From: Octopus sinensis | Lineage: Eukaryota | DNA length: 64,000 nucleotides | Assembly (NCBI RefSeq): GCF_006345805.1 | Contig: NC_042998.1 | Span: 151,962,001-152,026,000 of the forward strand | Direction: 5' to 3' | Shown: positions 37,098-52,720 of the stretch, piece after piece | Position numbering within the stretch: the stretch's first letter is position 1 | Layout: every line of letters starts with the position of its first letter | Notes under the pieces: generated by a model | Database searches by the model: none | The model's input: the letters and a program-made list of their open reading frames with translations, nothing else | What the model was told of the DNA's origin: nothing | Made by a program: the position numbers and the translations under genes

Positions 37098-40000
37098 TTA
37101 GTTTTATTTTTATAGCGTGCTTTCACTTCACTACCGAGCGCAGCTCTGTGTGCCTTGGGTATGTGCTGTGATTTGTTGTGATGCTCTGATGGTTATTGTA
37201 TGGAAAGTGTTCTGCGTAGGATGTGTGCAGTGCCTAGTAGTGCAATTTTCTGTATGTTATATGTGTTTGTAAGTCCTGGTGTTTTTGTTATGTATTTGTC
37301 TGAATATTTTTTATCATGCCTAATGCACCTACTATGATAGGAATTGTTTCTGTTTTCAGGTTCCACATTCTAGTTATTTCTATTTCCAGGTCTTTGTATT
37401 TTGAGAGTTTCTCCATTTCTTTTGGAGACACGTTGTCATCTGCCGGTATTGATACATCAATTAGAAAGCATTTTTTTTCTTCATGATCTCTGACAACTAT
37501 ATCTGGTTGTTGGCCTTAATTTCTCTATCTGTGTGTATCGGCATATCCCAGAGTATGGTTGTTTTCTCGTTTTCTGTGACCTTTTCTGGTGTGTGCTTAT
37601 ACCATCTATTTTCTGTTGTTATTCCATAATGTTGGCATAGCTTCCAGTGTATGTAGGTTCAAACTCTGTCATGTCTGTGAATATATTCCTTCTTAGCCAG
37701 GACTGGGCAGCTAGAGATAATATGATTTATTGTTTCTTGTCCATCTCCACATATTCTGCAGTTACTTGTAATATTTCTTTTCATTACATGTTTTTGGTAA
37801 TTTCTGGTGGGGAGGCTTTGGTCTTGTGCTGCAATTAAAAATCCCTCTGTTTCTGCTTTGAGTCCTGAGCTTCTCAACCATTGCTGGGATTTTTCTTTGT
37901 CTATTTCTTTTGCGTTTAGTTTAGTGCAGTATTTACCATGAAGGGGCTTTTCTTGCCATCGTTTTATCATGGTTCGTTGCTGTTCTATTTTTAGTTTGTA
38001 TTTCATTTGTTTTATAGCTTTTGTTGTTTCTCCATCTTCTTCTTCTTCTTCATGTTTATTAGGTGGTATGATTTCTTGTTTGTATTTGTCAGCTTCCTTA
38101 AATACTGAGAACAGTTTTTTGTTTTGCTCGTGTTTTGCTGCTATCTGGATCAGTTTTCCTTCCTTCTGAAGTAGGTATTTTTGCAATCCTATGGTGGTTA
38201 TTTTATAGTAGTTTTCCAGCTGTATAAGGTCTCTACCACCTTCTATACGTTGTATATATAATCTTTCTATGTCAGATTTTGGGTGATGCATCCTAGATCC
38301 TGTCAGTATTTTTCTTGTTTTCCTATCTATTTTGGACAGTTCATTTCGTGTCCAGTTAAGGATATTGTAGCTGTAACTTATAACTGGGACAGCTAAAGTG
38401 TTGATACCTATTATCTTGTTTTTAGCATTGAGCTCTGTTTTTAGTATTGATCTAACTCGTCTATAATATTCTTTTTTTATTTTCTCTTTCATTTGTGTGT
38501 GTTGTGTCTTATCTAGTTCATGGATTCCTAAGTATTTGTAAGTTTGGCTTTGCTCTAATTCTTTTATTTCATTGGTTTTATCTAGTGTGATGTTATTACT
38601 CTTAACTAGTTTTCCTCTTTTCATGGTTACTTTGGCGCATTTTTCTAATCCAAATTTCATATCTATTTCTTTGGTAAATCCATGAACTGTCTTTAATAGT
38701 GTTTCCAGCTGTTTGTCATTTGCAGCGTATAGTTTTAGGTCATCCATATATAAAAGGTGACTGATCGTTTTGCCGTAACATTTATATCCGCATCCAGTTC
38801 TATTTAGCATATCAGATAGAGGTGACAGTGCCAAGCAGAAAAGGAGTGGAGAGAGCATGTCTCCCTGGAATATTCCTCTTCTAATGGGGATGTCTTTGGT
38901 TTTCATGAGTCCCTCTTTTGTTTGGAGCTGTAGGACTGTTTGCCATTTATTCATAGAGTGCTCTATGAATTTTATGATTGTTGGTGCTACTTTGTTAATG
39001 GCTAGTGTTTCGAGGATCCATGAGTGAGGGATGCTATCAAACGCCTTTTTGTAGTCAATCCAGGCCATACTGAGGCCTTTCTTCTTTCTGTGGCTGTCTT
39101 CAGTTATGGCTTTATTAATCATTAGTTGATCTTTACAGCCATATGAGCCCCTGCGGCGTCCTTTCTGCTCTTCTGGGAACAGTTTGTTTTCGTCCAGGTG
39201 CTTGTTCAGCCTTTGCGATATCACTGCAGTAAATGCCTTGAACATAGTAGGGAGGCAGGTTATTGGTCTGTAGTTTTCTGGTTTTGTTGTTTCATTTGAT
39301 TTGGGAATTAAGATGGTTTTCCCCTTCGTGAGCCATTCAGGCATTGTCTCTGGCTCTGCTAGTACTTTGTTAAAGTTTTCAGCCAGCTTTTTGTGCATTC
39401 CTGTTAGATATTTCAACCAGAAGTTGGGGATCTTGTCATGCCCAGGTGCCTTCCAGTTGCTTAGTTTTTGCAGTACCTGGGTGACCTCTTCAGTTGTTAT
39501 GGGGGTCCAAAGTTGTTCAGATGCCGAGTTTGTTAATTTCATACTCCTTTTTTTTTGCTGTTCGTTCGCCGACCATATTTCTCTCCAGAATTCTTCCAAT
39601 TCTTCTGCCGTTGGTGCTGCAGTGACTTCTATTTTATTTTTGCCCAGTTCTTGGTAGAACTTTTTGGGGTCGGAGTTGAACTTTTTGTTCTGTTCAAAGA
39701 AGCGTTGGCGTTTCTCGTACCGGCGGATCCTTTGAGCTTTGGCAAGGATATCTTGCTTCAGCTTTTCTTTTATCTCCGGCAAATCTTTTCTGTGATGTTA
39801 TATTTGCGGAGCATTTTTGTTCTCTTTTTGTTGCTTAGTAGCGTTGATTGTTTGCTGATTTCATTAAGAATCGACAGGTCTTTTCTAATTTTTTTTATTT
39901 TGTTTTGGATGTTATTTATCCACAGGGTTTGTTTGGGTGGTGGTACTCCTGTTTGGGCGTGTTTGGGTGAGTATCCAGCTTCTTTTGTGGCTGCAGTGGC

Positions 40001-41069
40001 TGCTGCGTATATCAAGTCATTTAGTTCAGTGATATCACTTTTTTTTGCTTCAGTGGCTAGTTCAGTGACGGCTAGGTTTATGTTGTTTATAATTGGTGTT
40101 GTTATTGCATTTATTTTTATTCTTGGGAGGTATGGTCGGTAGTCCATTTTGGGCTCTGTGGTTTTCAGTTCTTTGATCATTTTATTTTTTATATTATCAT
40201 AATCATTAGGCTCCCCTTCGTTGTTTACATCGTGTTTGTTGGGAATGTTGCGTTTGTCTTCGTGTTTTAGTTTCAGTGTTTATATTATTGGGCATTGTTT
40301 TGTGGCTTCTATCTACATTTTCCTGCTGTATTTTTTCTTTTAAATGTTCTATTTCTACTTCTGATATTTTTTTGGCCTTGAGAATGTATCTTCGTACGTT
40401 AGCTAATTTATTAGGGTTCATTGCTGTATCCAAGTCTATATCTCTATTATTTTCCATCCATATTTTATATGTATGTGTTGTTGTATTTTCATGTTTTGGG
40501 TAGAGCATTGCTGTGAAGTATGCGTGTAAGTTAGAAATGTATTCCTCACCTGTCCATTTACGTCTTTTGGGTTTTACTTGCGGGACATGAGGTACAACGT
40601 CCGGCCCATTATTTTGACGGTCGTCATTTTCGTAGGGTACCGGTCCGTTTATTTCTGTTGTCACATTATTTCGCACGTGTAGTTTTTCGTACATTTTTTG
40701 TTGTAAGTTTAATGTATGTACCGCTCGATTGTTATTCTTGGGTTGAATAGTATCGGTGGCATTTAATTTCTTCGTAGTTCCTTTGTACATGGTGTTTGAG
40801 GTCGGGGATGATCGTGTTGTTCCACACATGTTTACATGTGTTGTGTTAGAGGTGGAGATAATATCGAGTCAAAATACATCATTTCGTTTCGAAAATAGTA
40901 ATAAATTTCAATTCGTATTACTTACACGGATATAGTCCAATTCTTTGTTAGTAAATCTTTGGCTCCATAGGGTGTCCTTGTTTTCGATGTTTGTGGATAG
41001 ATTTCGGAGCTCTGTATTTTCCTTCTTACGTCTTAAACGTCCCCGGTCTCTTACATCTTAAACGTCCCC
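37096..41069 (-). mobile_element. Apparently full-length R4/Dong LINE (A3, ~3.97 kb) with frameshifts
   Basis: N-terminal RRKWTGEEY..AYF..W..LANVRRYI domain (40206-40829), RT, CRIC..H..C knuckle, REL; 5' end GGGGACGTTTAA shared with A5. Confidence 0.93.
37659..39782 (-). pseudogene. Longest open segment of the A3 polyprotein: RT plus CCHC knuckle (707 aa)
   Basis: NWKAPGHD, NYRPITCLP, AWIDYKKAFDS, GIFQGDMLSPLLF, YMDDLKLY, YKYLG, CRICGDGQETINHIISSC; bounded by a frameshift near 39787 and a TGA at 37659-37661. Confidence 0.9.
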
Positions 41070-41071
41070 GT

Positions 41072-41153
<82 letters not shown>

Positions 41154-41182
41154 TTTACTATTATTATTATTAATATTATTGC

Positions 41183-41273
<91 letters not shown>

Positions 41274-41280
41274 TATTATT

Positions 41281-41832
41281 GAGTGAGAGAGCAGTTCATG
41301 CCATCAAAGTGACACTCGGGTAAAATATACGAAGCCCAATACCCATCATGACTACCCGTCTGATAAAGGTACACCAGGCACATGCATCACAACCATATGT
41401 GCGCGACATGGTGATCTTATATCAAGATAAACAGCACATGACCTTGCAGGTGGGGCCCAGTTAGAATTTTCTTCAGGTTGAGTAGCCCATCCCGCTCAAA
41501 CGGTCCCTGAATAAGGGTTGTTTAAGGATGTTGAAAGAACCACCCATGTTTCCAGAGGTGAACTATTCAAACCCCAAAGAATCCCTCTCAACACATGGCT
41601 ATGATGCTCCCCCACTACTTCTGCTCGTGATCAGAGATGCACATATCGTCAGCCACTAAGGGACATGCTCAACTGGTTAAGGTCAAACAACTGACAAGCA
41701 AATCTGTGGTATTGAGCAGAATATTTGCTGTAGCCCATCTTTTATACCAAGACAAAACAATGTACATGATAACACTTCCAATCAGTTAAGATCAGAAGCC
41801 ATGAGAGCCACTGCCTGGTACTGCATCAGGGC
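41281..41832 (-). mobile_element. T550 element, full copy (552 bp)
   Basis: Colinear with the other copies; (ATT)n on both sides. Confidence 0.87.
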
Positions 41833-44720
<2,888 letters not shown>

Positions 44721-44794
44721 TATCATTATTTATTATATATTATTTATTACATATTATTTTGTATTTATTATATATTAATTGTTATATATTATTA

Positions 44795-44858
<64 letters not shown>

Positions 44859-44954
44859 TTACTATTACTATTACTATTATTACTATTTTTATTATTATTA
44901 ATATCATCATCGTCGTCGTCGTCGTAATCATCATCATCATCATCATCATCATTA

Positions 44955-45025
<71 letters not shown>

Positions 45026-46897
45026 TTATGTTTGACTTTTGCTTTACATTTGCACAAGCTGGCTCCTAGTCTCACCCAGAGACCTCAAGAGACAACAAGT
45101 TGGAAGTTCGTGTTGGTGTTATGCCTAGGGTGTCATATATTTGGTTTTGTACTTAGTGTTGTACTAGTGAATGCCTATAAAACCATACGAAAATGATGTT
45201 TGTATTGAAACTTGAGATTACATAGAAAGTATTTTGCGTAGGATATGAGCAGTTCCCATGAGCACTATCTTTTGAATTTCTGCCATTTTGGGGTTTCCTA
45301 GTATCTGAGTTAGCTAGCAATCAGCCCCTTTTGCTGTCATTCCAAGGGCACCTATGACAACAGGTATTGTTTTAGTCTTCAGGTTCCACATTTTGCTGAT
45401 TTCTATTTCCAGATCTTTATATTTGCTCAGTTTCTGGTAGGTCTTGACAGATGAGGAGGCATGTTTTTTGTCTGAAGTCTTTTACTATGATGTCTGGCCT
45501 ATTCGCGTCTATCTTTCTGTCAGTTTGAATGGTGAAGTTCCAGAGGAGTGAGATGTGGTCATTTTCAAGCACTGGAGGTGGGTTTGTGTTCCCACCAGTT
45601 TTTATCATGGGGCAAGTCCAGGCTTTTTCAAATTACCCAGTGAATATATTGTGCAGCTCTATCATGCCTGTTGAGATACGCTGTAGGTGCAAGAAGGCTG
45701 CACTTGGAGATAACATGATCAATGGTTTCATTTTGTTGCTGACATACACGACATGTTGGGCTACTGCCTGGTAGTTCCTTGTAGGTAAGCTTTGACCTTG
45801 AGCTGCTATGATAAACCCTTCTGTTTCTTATTTTAAGCCAGAGGCCATTAGCCATTGGTGGGTCAGGGCTTTGTCAACATCTGCATTATTCACTTTCTTT
45901 GGGTATTTGCCATTGAGAGGTTTTTCTTGCCATTTATCAGTAAGAATATCTAAGGCAGCAGTTTCAGCACTGGTTTTCATGCACTTAGCTTTTTTCTGTG
46001 CTTGTTTCTTGTGCGTCTAATTCCGAAATTTGTTGTATTCGGAATTCACTTAGATATTCCTTTGCCTGTTTTGTTACGGAGTATGATGCTTTCTTGTTTT
46101 CATGTTTTGAGACAAGTTTTAACATCCAGTCCTCAGAGTTTTTCAGGTAGGTGTCTAGGCCAATTGTAGCAATCTTCATTGTTATTGCCAGTTGTAAAGG
46201 TCCACGGCCTCCCTCTTTTCTTGGCAGATAAAGTTGTTCTATATCTGCCTTAGGGTGGTGCATTCTATGCATTGTCAACAGTTTTCGTATTTTTCTGTCA
46301 AGATTACATATTTCAGCAATTGACCAGTTAACGATATTAAAAATGTAAGTTACGACTGGTATGGCTAAAGCATTGATCGCTTCGATCCTGTTTCTCGCAT
46401 TCAACTCTGTGTTGATAACATTCTCTCCTGATTCTTTCCTTCATCATTGAATGCCTTATTCCATCCTCTTCAATTACCCGTAGGTACTTGTAGCTCTCCG
46501 TTGGGTCTAACTCTTTTATGACATTCTGCTGGTCGAGGTAAACGTTAGATGTTTCTGTCATTTTCCCTTCGATAAAAGTAGCTTTTGCACATTTATCGAG
46601 GCCAAATTGCATTCTGATGTCATCGCTGAATTGTTTAACAATCGTTAGTAAGCCCTTGAGTTGTTGGTCATTTTTTGCAAAGAGCTTTAAATTATCCATG
46701 TAAATGAGATGATTTATATTTTTATCCAACATTTTATATCCGTACTGTTCGTCATTGAGCAACTTTGAGAGAGGTATTAAGGCTAAACAAAAGAGGAGTG
46801 GTGATAGTGAGTCGCCCTGGAAAATGCCACATGAAATTTTTACATCACCAGCATGTAGAGATTCATCGTCACTGTTCAAAGTTAGTGTGGTTCTCCT
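45026..46897 (-). mobile_element. Family B LINE, 5'-truncated (B3)
   Basis: [36 protein letters not shown]; 3' UTR as in B1/B2. Confidence 0.88.
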
Positions 46898-46949
46898 ATT
46901 ATTATTATTAATTTTATCATCATTATTACTATCATCATCATCATTTTCT

Positions 46950-47480
46950 TTCAAAAATTTATTACATATTAATTTCTATCCTGAAGTTTGGTGACAACCC
47001 AAATCTCAAGTATCTATCTTAGAACTCTTGTAGATTTCTTGCACTTCTCTACAGATCGACGATACGGGTGCTTCAATTCCACGATCCTTCAGCCTCTGAT
47101 GTAGCAGTTTGAATGTTGTGCCAAGTGCACCAATCACCACAGGAATAATTGTCGCCTTTGTCTTCCACAATCTGTTCGTATCTCTACCTAAGATCTTGAT
47201 ATTTCTCAATATTCTAAATTTCTTTGGTATCCATATAGCATTGCCAATTCTATGATCTTACACTGTTTTTTATTTCCTTTTTTCCTCTACGATTATATTT
47301 TACCATAATCAAATATATAGTCATTTTCTATGAGAAAATACCCAAACTTCTGTAATTATCATTCAAAATCATAGCCTCAGGTTCGTGTTCATACCACTTT
47401 TCTCTCATTTCAAATCCATAAATTTTGCCGACTGTATTTCAGAAGCTTATATTCTTTTTCTGCTAGTTTATTGCATTCAC
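46950..47480 (-). mobile_element. Degenerate REL-domain fragment of another LINE family (G)
   Basis: LWKTKATIIPVVIGALG; WYEHEPE-like motif upstream. Confidence 0.65.
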
Positions 47481-49106
47481 GTAAGAGGTGGTTTTTGTCT
47501 GTCAAGATTACATATTTCAATAATTGACCAGTTAACGATATTGAAACTGTAAGTCACGACAGGTATGGCTAAAGCATTGATCGCTTCGATCCTGTTTCTC
47601 GCATTCAGCTCTGTGTTGATAACATTCTCTGCGATAGCATTCTCTCCTGATCCTTTCCTTCATCACTGAGTGCCTTATTCTGGCCCCCTTCAATTACCCG
47701 TAGGTACTTGTAGCTCTCCGCTGGGTCAAACTCTTTTATGACATTCTGCTGGTCGAGGTAAACGTTAGAGGTTTCAGTCATTTTTCCTTTGATAAAAGTA
47801 GCCTTTGCACATTTATCGAGGCCAAATTGCATTCTGATGTCATCGCTGAATTGTTTAACAATCATTAGTAAGCCCTTGAGTTGTTGGTCATTTTTTGCAA
47901 AGTGCTTTAAATCATCCATGTAAATGAGATGATTTATATTTTTATCCAACATTTTATATCCATACTGTGCGTCATTGAGCAATTTTGAGAGAGGTATTAA
48001 GGCTAGACAAAAGAGGAGTAGTAATAGTGAGTCGCCCTGGAAAATGCCACATGAAATGTTTACATCACCAGCATTTAGAGATTCATCGTCAATGTTCAAA
48101 GTTAGTGTGGTTCTCCATGATCTTATACTTACAGTCAAAAAGTTTCGCAGAGTAGGCGCTATTTTATACATTTCCAGGTATTTCTTAATCCAGCTATGTG
48201 GTAGGCTATCAAAAGCTTTGTTATAGTCTATCCAGGCTATTGATAAGTTTTTGTGTCGTTTGTGACAATCTTCCAAGATCATCTTATTGATGAGTAGCTG
48301 ATCTTTACAACCATAGGATCCACATTTACATCCTTTCTGTTCATTAGGGAATATGCTGCTGTCTATTAAAAAACTATAGGTTTATTCCGTCAGGACAGAT
48401 GTTAACGTTTTATACATAGTTGTTAAGCAGGTTATGGGTCTATAGCTTTTTGGTTCATTTGTTTCTCCACTTTTTAGAAGCAGGAATGTTGAACCATTAA
48501 TTAGCCAAGCAGGTATCCTACTAGGGTGTTGCAAAACATCATTGTAAAGTTATGTTAGCAGTTCATGGCTCTCTGCGAAGGCATTCAACCGGAAGTTAGG
48601 AATTTTATCCTTTCCTGGAGACTTCCATTTGCCTGACCTCCTGAGAGCAGATCTTACATCTTCTACCTTGACACCCTCCCACTTTTGCTTTTCTAAGGAG
48701 TCCAGTTCTGTAGATATTCTATCAATCCAAGGGGCCCTTTCGTTGTGTGTTTTTTCTTCTGCCCAAATTTTATTCCGAAATCCCTGCACTTCTTCTTTTG
48801 ATGGTACAGACTTTACAGTAACTGGTGTTTTCCATATCTTCCTGTAAAAACTTTTGAAATTATTTTTTAACATGTTGTTCTTGAAGAATCTAACACGCTT
48901 TTCATACCTCGCTATGCGGGCAGCTTTAGCAGATACCTTCTGCTTGATGATTTCTATTGTGGCATCAATATGAAGTATAGTTTTCATATTATATTTTTTC
49001 TTTCATTTTGGGGTTTTTGTAGGTTTGGTAGTCTTGTCAACCTTAAGGTTTTTCAAACATTCAGTGTCAGACCTAAGTAGTGTAATTTCTTGTTGGATAC
49101 GCTGTT
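47480..49106 (-). mobile_element. Family B RT region (B4)
   Basis: ORF 47605-48282 [27 protein letters not shown]; KWKSPGKDKIPNF upstream; overlaps B3 content. Confidence 0.85.
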
Positions 49107-49299
<193 letters not shown>

Positions 49300-49495
49300 G
49301 GCGGCAAGCTGACGAAATCGTTAGTACGATGGACGAAATGATTAGCGGTATTTCCCCCGTCGCTACATTCGGAGTTCAAATTCCGCTCTGGTCGACTTTG
49401 CGTTTCATCCTTTCGAAGTCGATAAAATAAATACCAATCGAGTACTCCCAAATTTCAAGCCTTATGCTTATAATAAAACGGGTTATTACTATTAT
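49300..49495 (+). mobile_element. SINE (third family) with an (ATT)n tail
   Basis: ggcggcaagctgacgaaatcgttag head, gagttcaaattcc B-box-like, tail ccccaaatttcaagccttatgc; a second tail at ~49690-49740. Confidence 0.65.
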
Positions 49496-49740
49496 TTAAC
49501 CCCAGGTTTCTCTTGGTCGGTAGAGCTATGATCAAAGGCATTCCAGTCTTGCCTAGCCCTTCGATATTTCACATATAGCCTTTAATTCTCGAGTGTCCAG
49601 TATCATGGAGCAATATTTTATATTATACACTATTACTCAAAATTGTTCTGTCATTCTAAATTGTGAAATTTCTTTTGGGCTCGTTGAAATAAGTACCAGT
49701 AAAACACCAAATTTCAGGCCTTGTGCCTTTAGTAGGAAGG

Positions 49741-50761
<1,021 letters not shown>

Positions 50762-50827
50762 GTAATAGTAATAATAATAATAGTAATAATAATAATAATG
50801 ATAATTATTATTATTATTATTATTATT

Positions 50828-51375
50828 GAGTGAGAGATCAGTGCATGCCATCAAAGTGACACTGGGGTAAAATATACGAAGCCCAGTATACCCGTCATGA
50901 CTACCCGTCTGATAAGGGTACACTAGGCACATGCATGACAACCATATGTGCGCGACATGGTGATCTCATATCAAGATAAACAGCACATGACCTTGCAGGT
51001 GGGGCCCAGTCAGAATTTTCTTCAGTTCAAATAACTGCTCAAAAGGTCCCTGAATAAGGGTTGTTTAAATATGTTGAATGAAACACCCATGTTTCCAGAG
51101 GTGAATCATTCAAACCCCAAAGAATCCCTCTCAACACATGGCTATGATGCTCCCCCACTACTTCAGCTCATGATCAGAGATGCACATATCGTCAGCCATT
51201 AAGGGACATGCTCAACTGGTTAAGGTCAAACAACTGACAAGCAAATCTGTAGTATTGAGCTGAATATTTGCTGTAGCCCAACTTTTATACCAAGACAAAA
51301 CAATGTACATGATAACACTTCTAATCAGTTAAGATCAGAAGCCATGAGAGCCACTGCCTGGTACTGCATCAGGGC
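50828..51375 (-). mobile_element. T550 element, full copy
   Basis: Shares the diagnostic variant cagttcaaataactgctc with the 29088 copy. Confidence 0.87.
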
Positions 51376-51484
<109 letters not shown>

Positions 51485-51506
51485 ATTATTATTATTATTA
51501 TTATTA

Positions 51507-51558
<52 letters not shown>

Positions 51559-51568
51559 GTCGTTGTTA

Positions 51569-51624
<56 letters not shown>

Positions 51625-51627
<3 letters not shown>

Positions 51628-52579
51628 TAGTTTTATTTTTATAGCGTGCTTTCACTTCACTACCAAGCGCAGCTCTGTGTGCCTTGGGTATGTGTTGTGA
51701 TTTGTTGTGATGCTCTGCTGGTTATTGTATGGAAAGTGTTCTGCGTAGGATGTGTGCAGTGCCTAGTACTGCAATTTTCTGTATGTTATCTGTGTTTGTA
51801 AGTCCTGGTGTTTTTGTTATGTGTTTGTCTGAATATTTTTTATCATGCCTAATGCACCTGCTATGATAGGAATTATTTCTGTTTTTAGATTCCACATTCT
51901 GGTTACTTCTATTTCCAGGTCTTTGTATTTTGAAAGTTTCTCTATTTCTTTTAGAGGTACGTTGTCATCTGCTGGTATTGATATATAAATTAGAAAGCAT
52001 TTTTTCTTCATGATCTCTGACAACTATATCTGGTCTGTTGGCCTTAATTTCTCTATCTGTGTATATCGGCATATCCCAGAGTATGGTTGCTTTCTCGTTT
52101 TCTGTGACCTTTTCTGGTGTGTGCCTATACCTTTTTTTTCTGTTGTTATTCCATAATGTTGGCGTAGCTTCCAGTGTATGTAGGTTCCAACTCTGTCATG
52201 TCTGTGAATATATTCCTTCTTAGCCAGGACTGGGCAGCTAGAGATAATATGATTTATTGTTTCTTGTCCATCTCCACATATTCTGCAGTTACTTGTTATA
52301 TTTCTTTTCCTTACATGTTTTTGGTAATTTCTGGCTTTGGTCTTGTGCTGCGATTAAAAATCTCTCTGTCTCTGCTTTGAGTCCTGAGCTTCTCAACCAT
52401 TGCTGGGATTTTTCTTTGTCTATTTCTTTTGCATTTAGTTTAGTCCAGTATTTGCCATGAAGGGGCTTTTCTTGCCATCGTTTTATCATGGTTCTTTGCT
52501 GTTCTATTTTTAGTTTGGATTTCATTTGTTTTATAGCTTTTGTTGTTTCTTCTTCTTCTTCTTATTATTATTATTATTC

Positions 52580-52665
<86 letters not shown>

Positions 52666-52689
52666 ATAATTATTATTATCATTCTTCTT

Positions 52690-52720
<31 letters not shown>

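Noticed and set aside
37659-37661. Selenocysteine reading of the shared TGA
   Set aside because: The homologous residue is Gly, not Cys, and no SECIS-like element was recognised in the short 3' UTR
41560-41640. U1-like (gtagtggggga, gatcacga) and U2-like words in T550
   Set aside because: Only 8-11-nt matches, not colinear with snRNA structure
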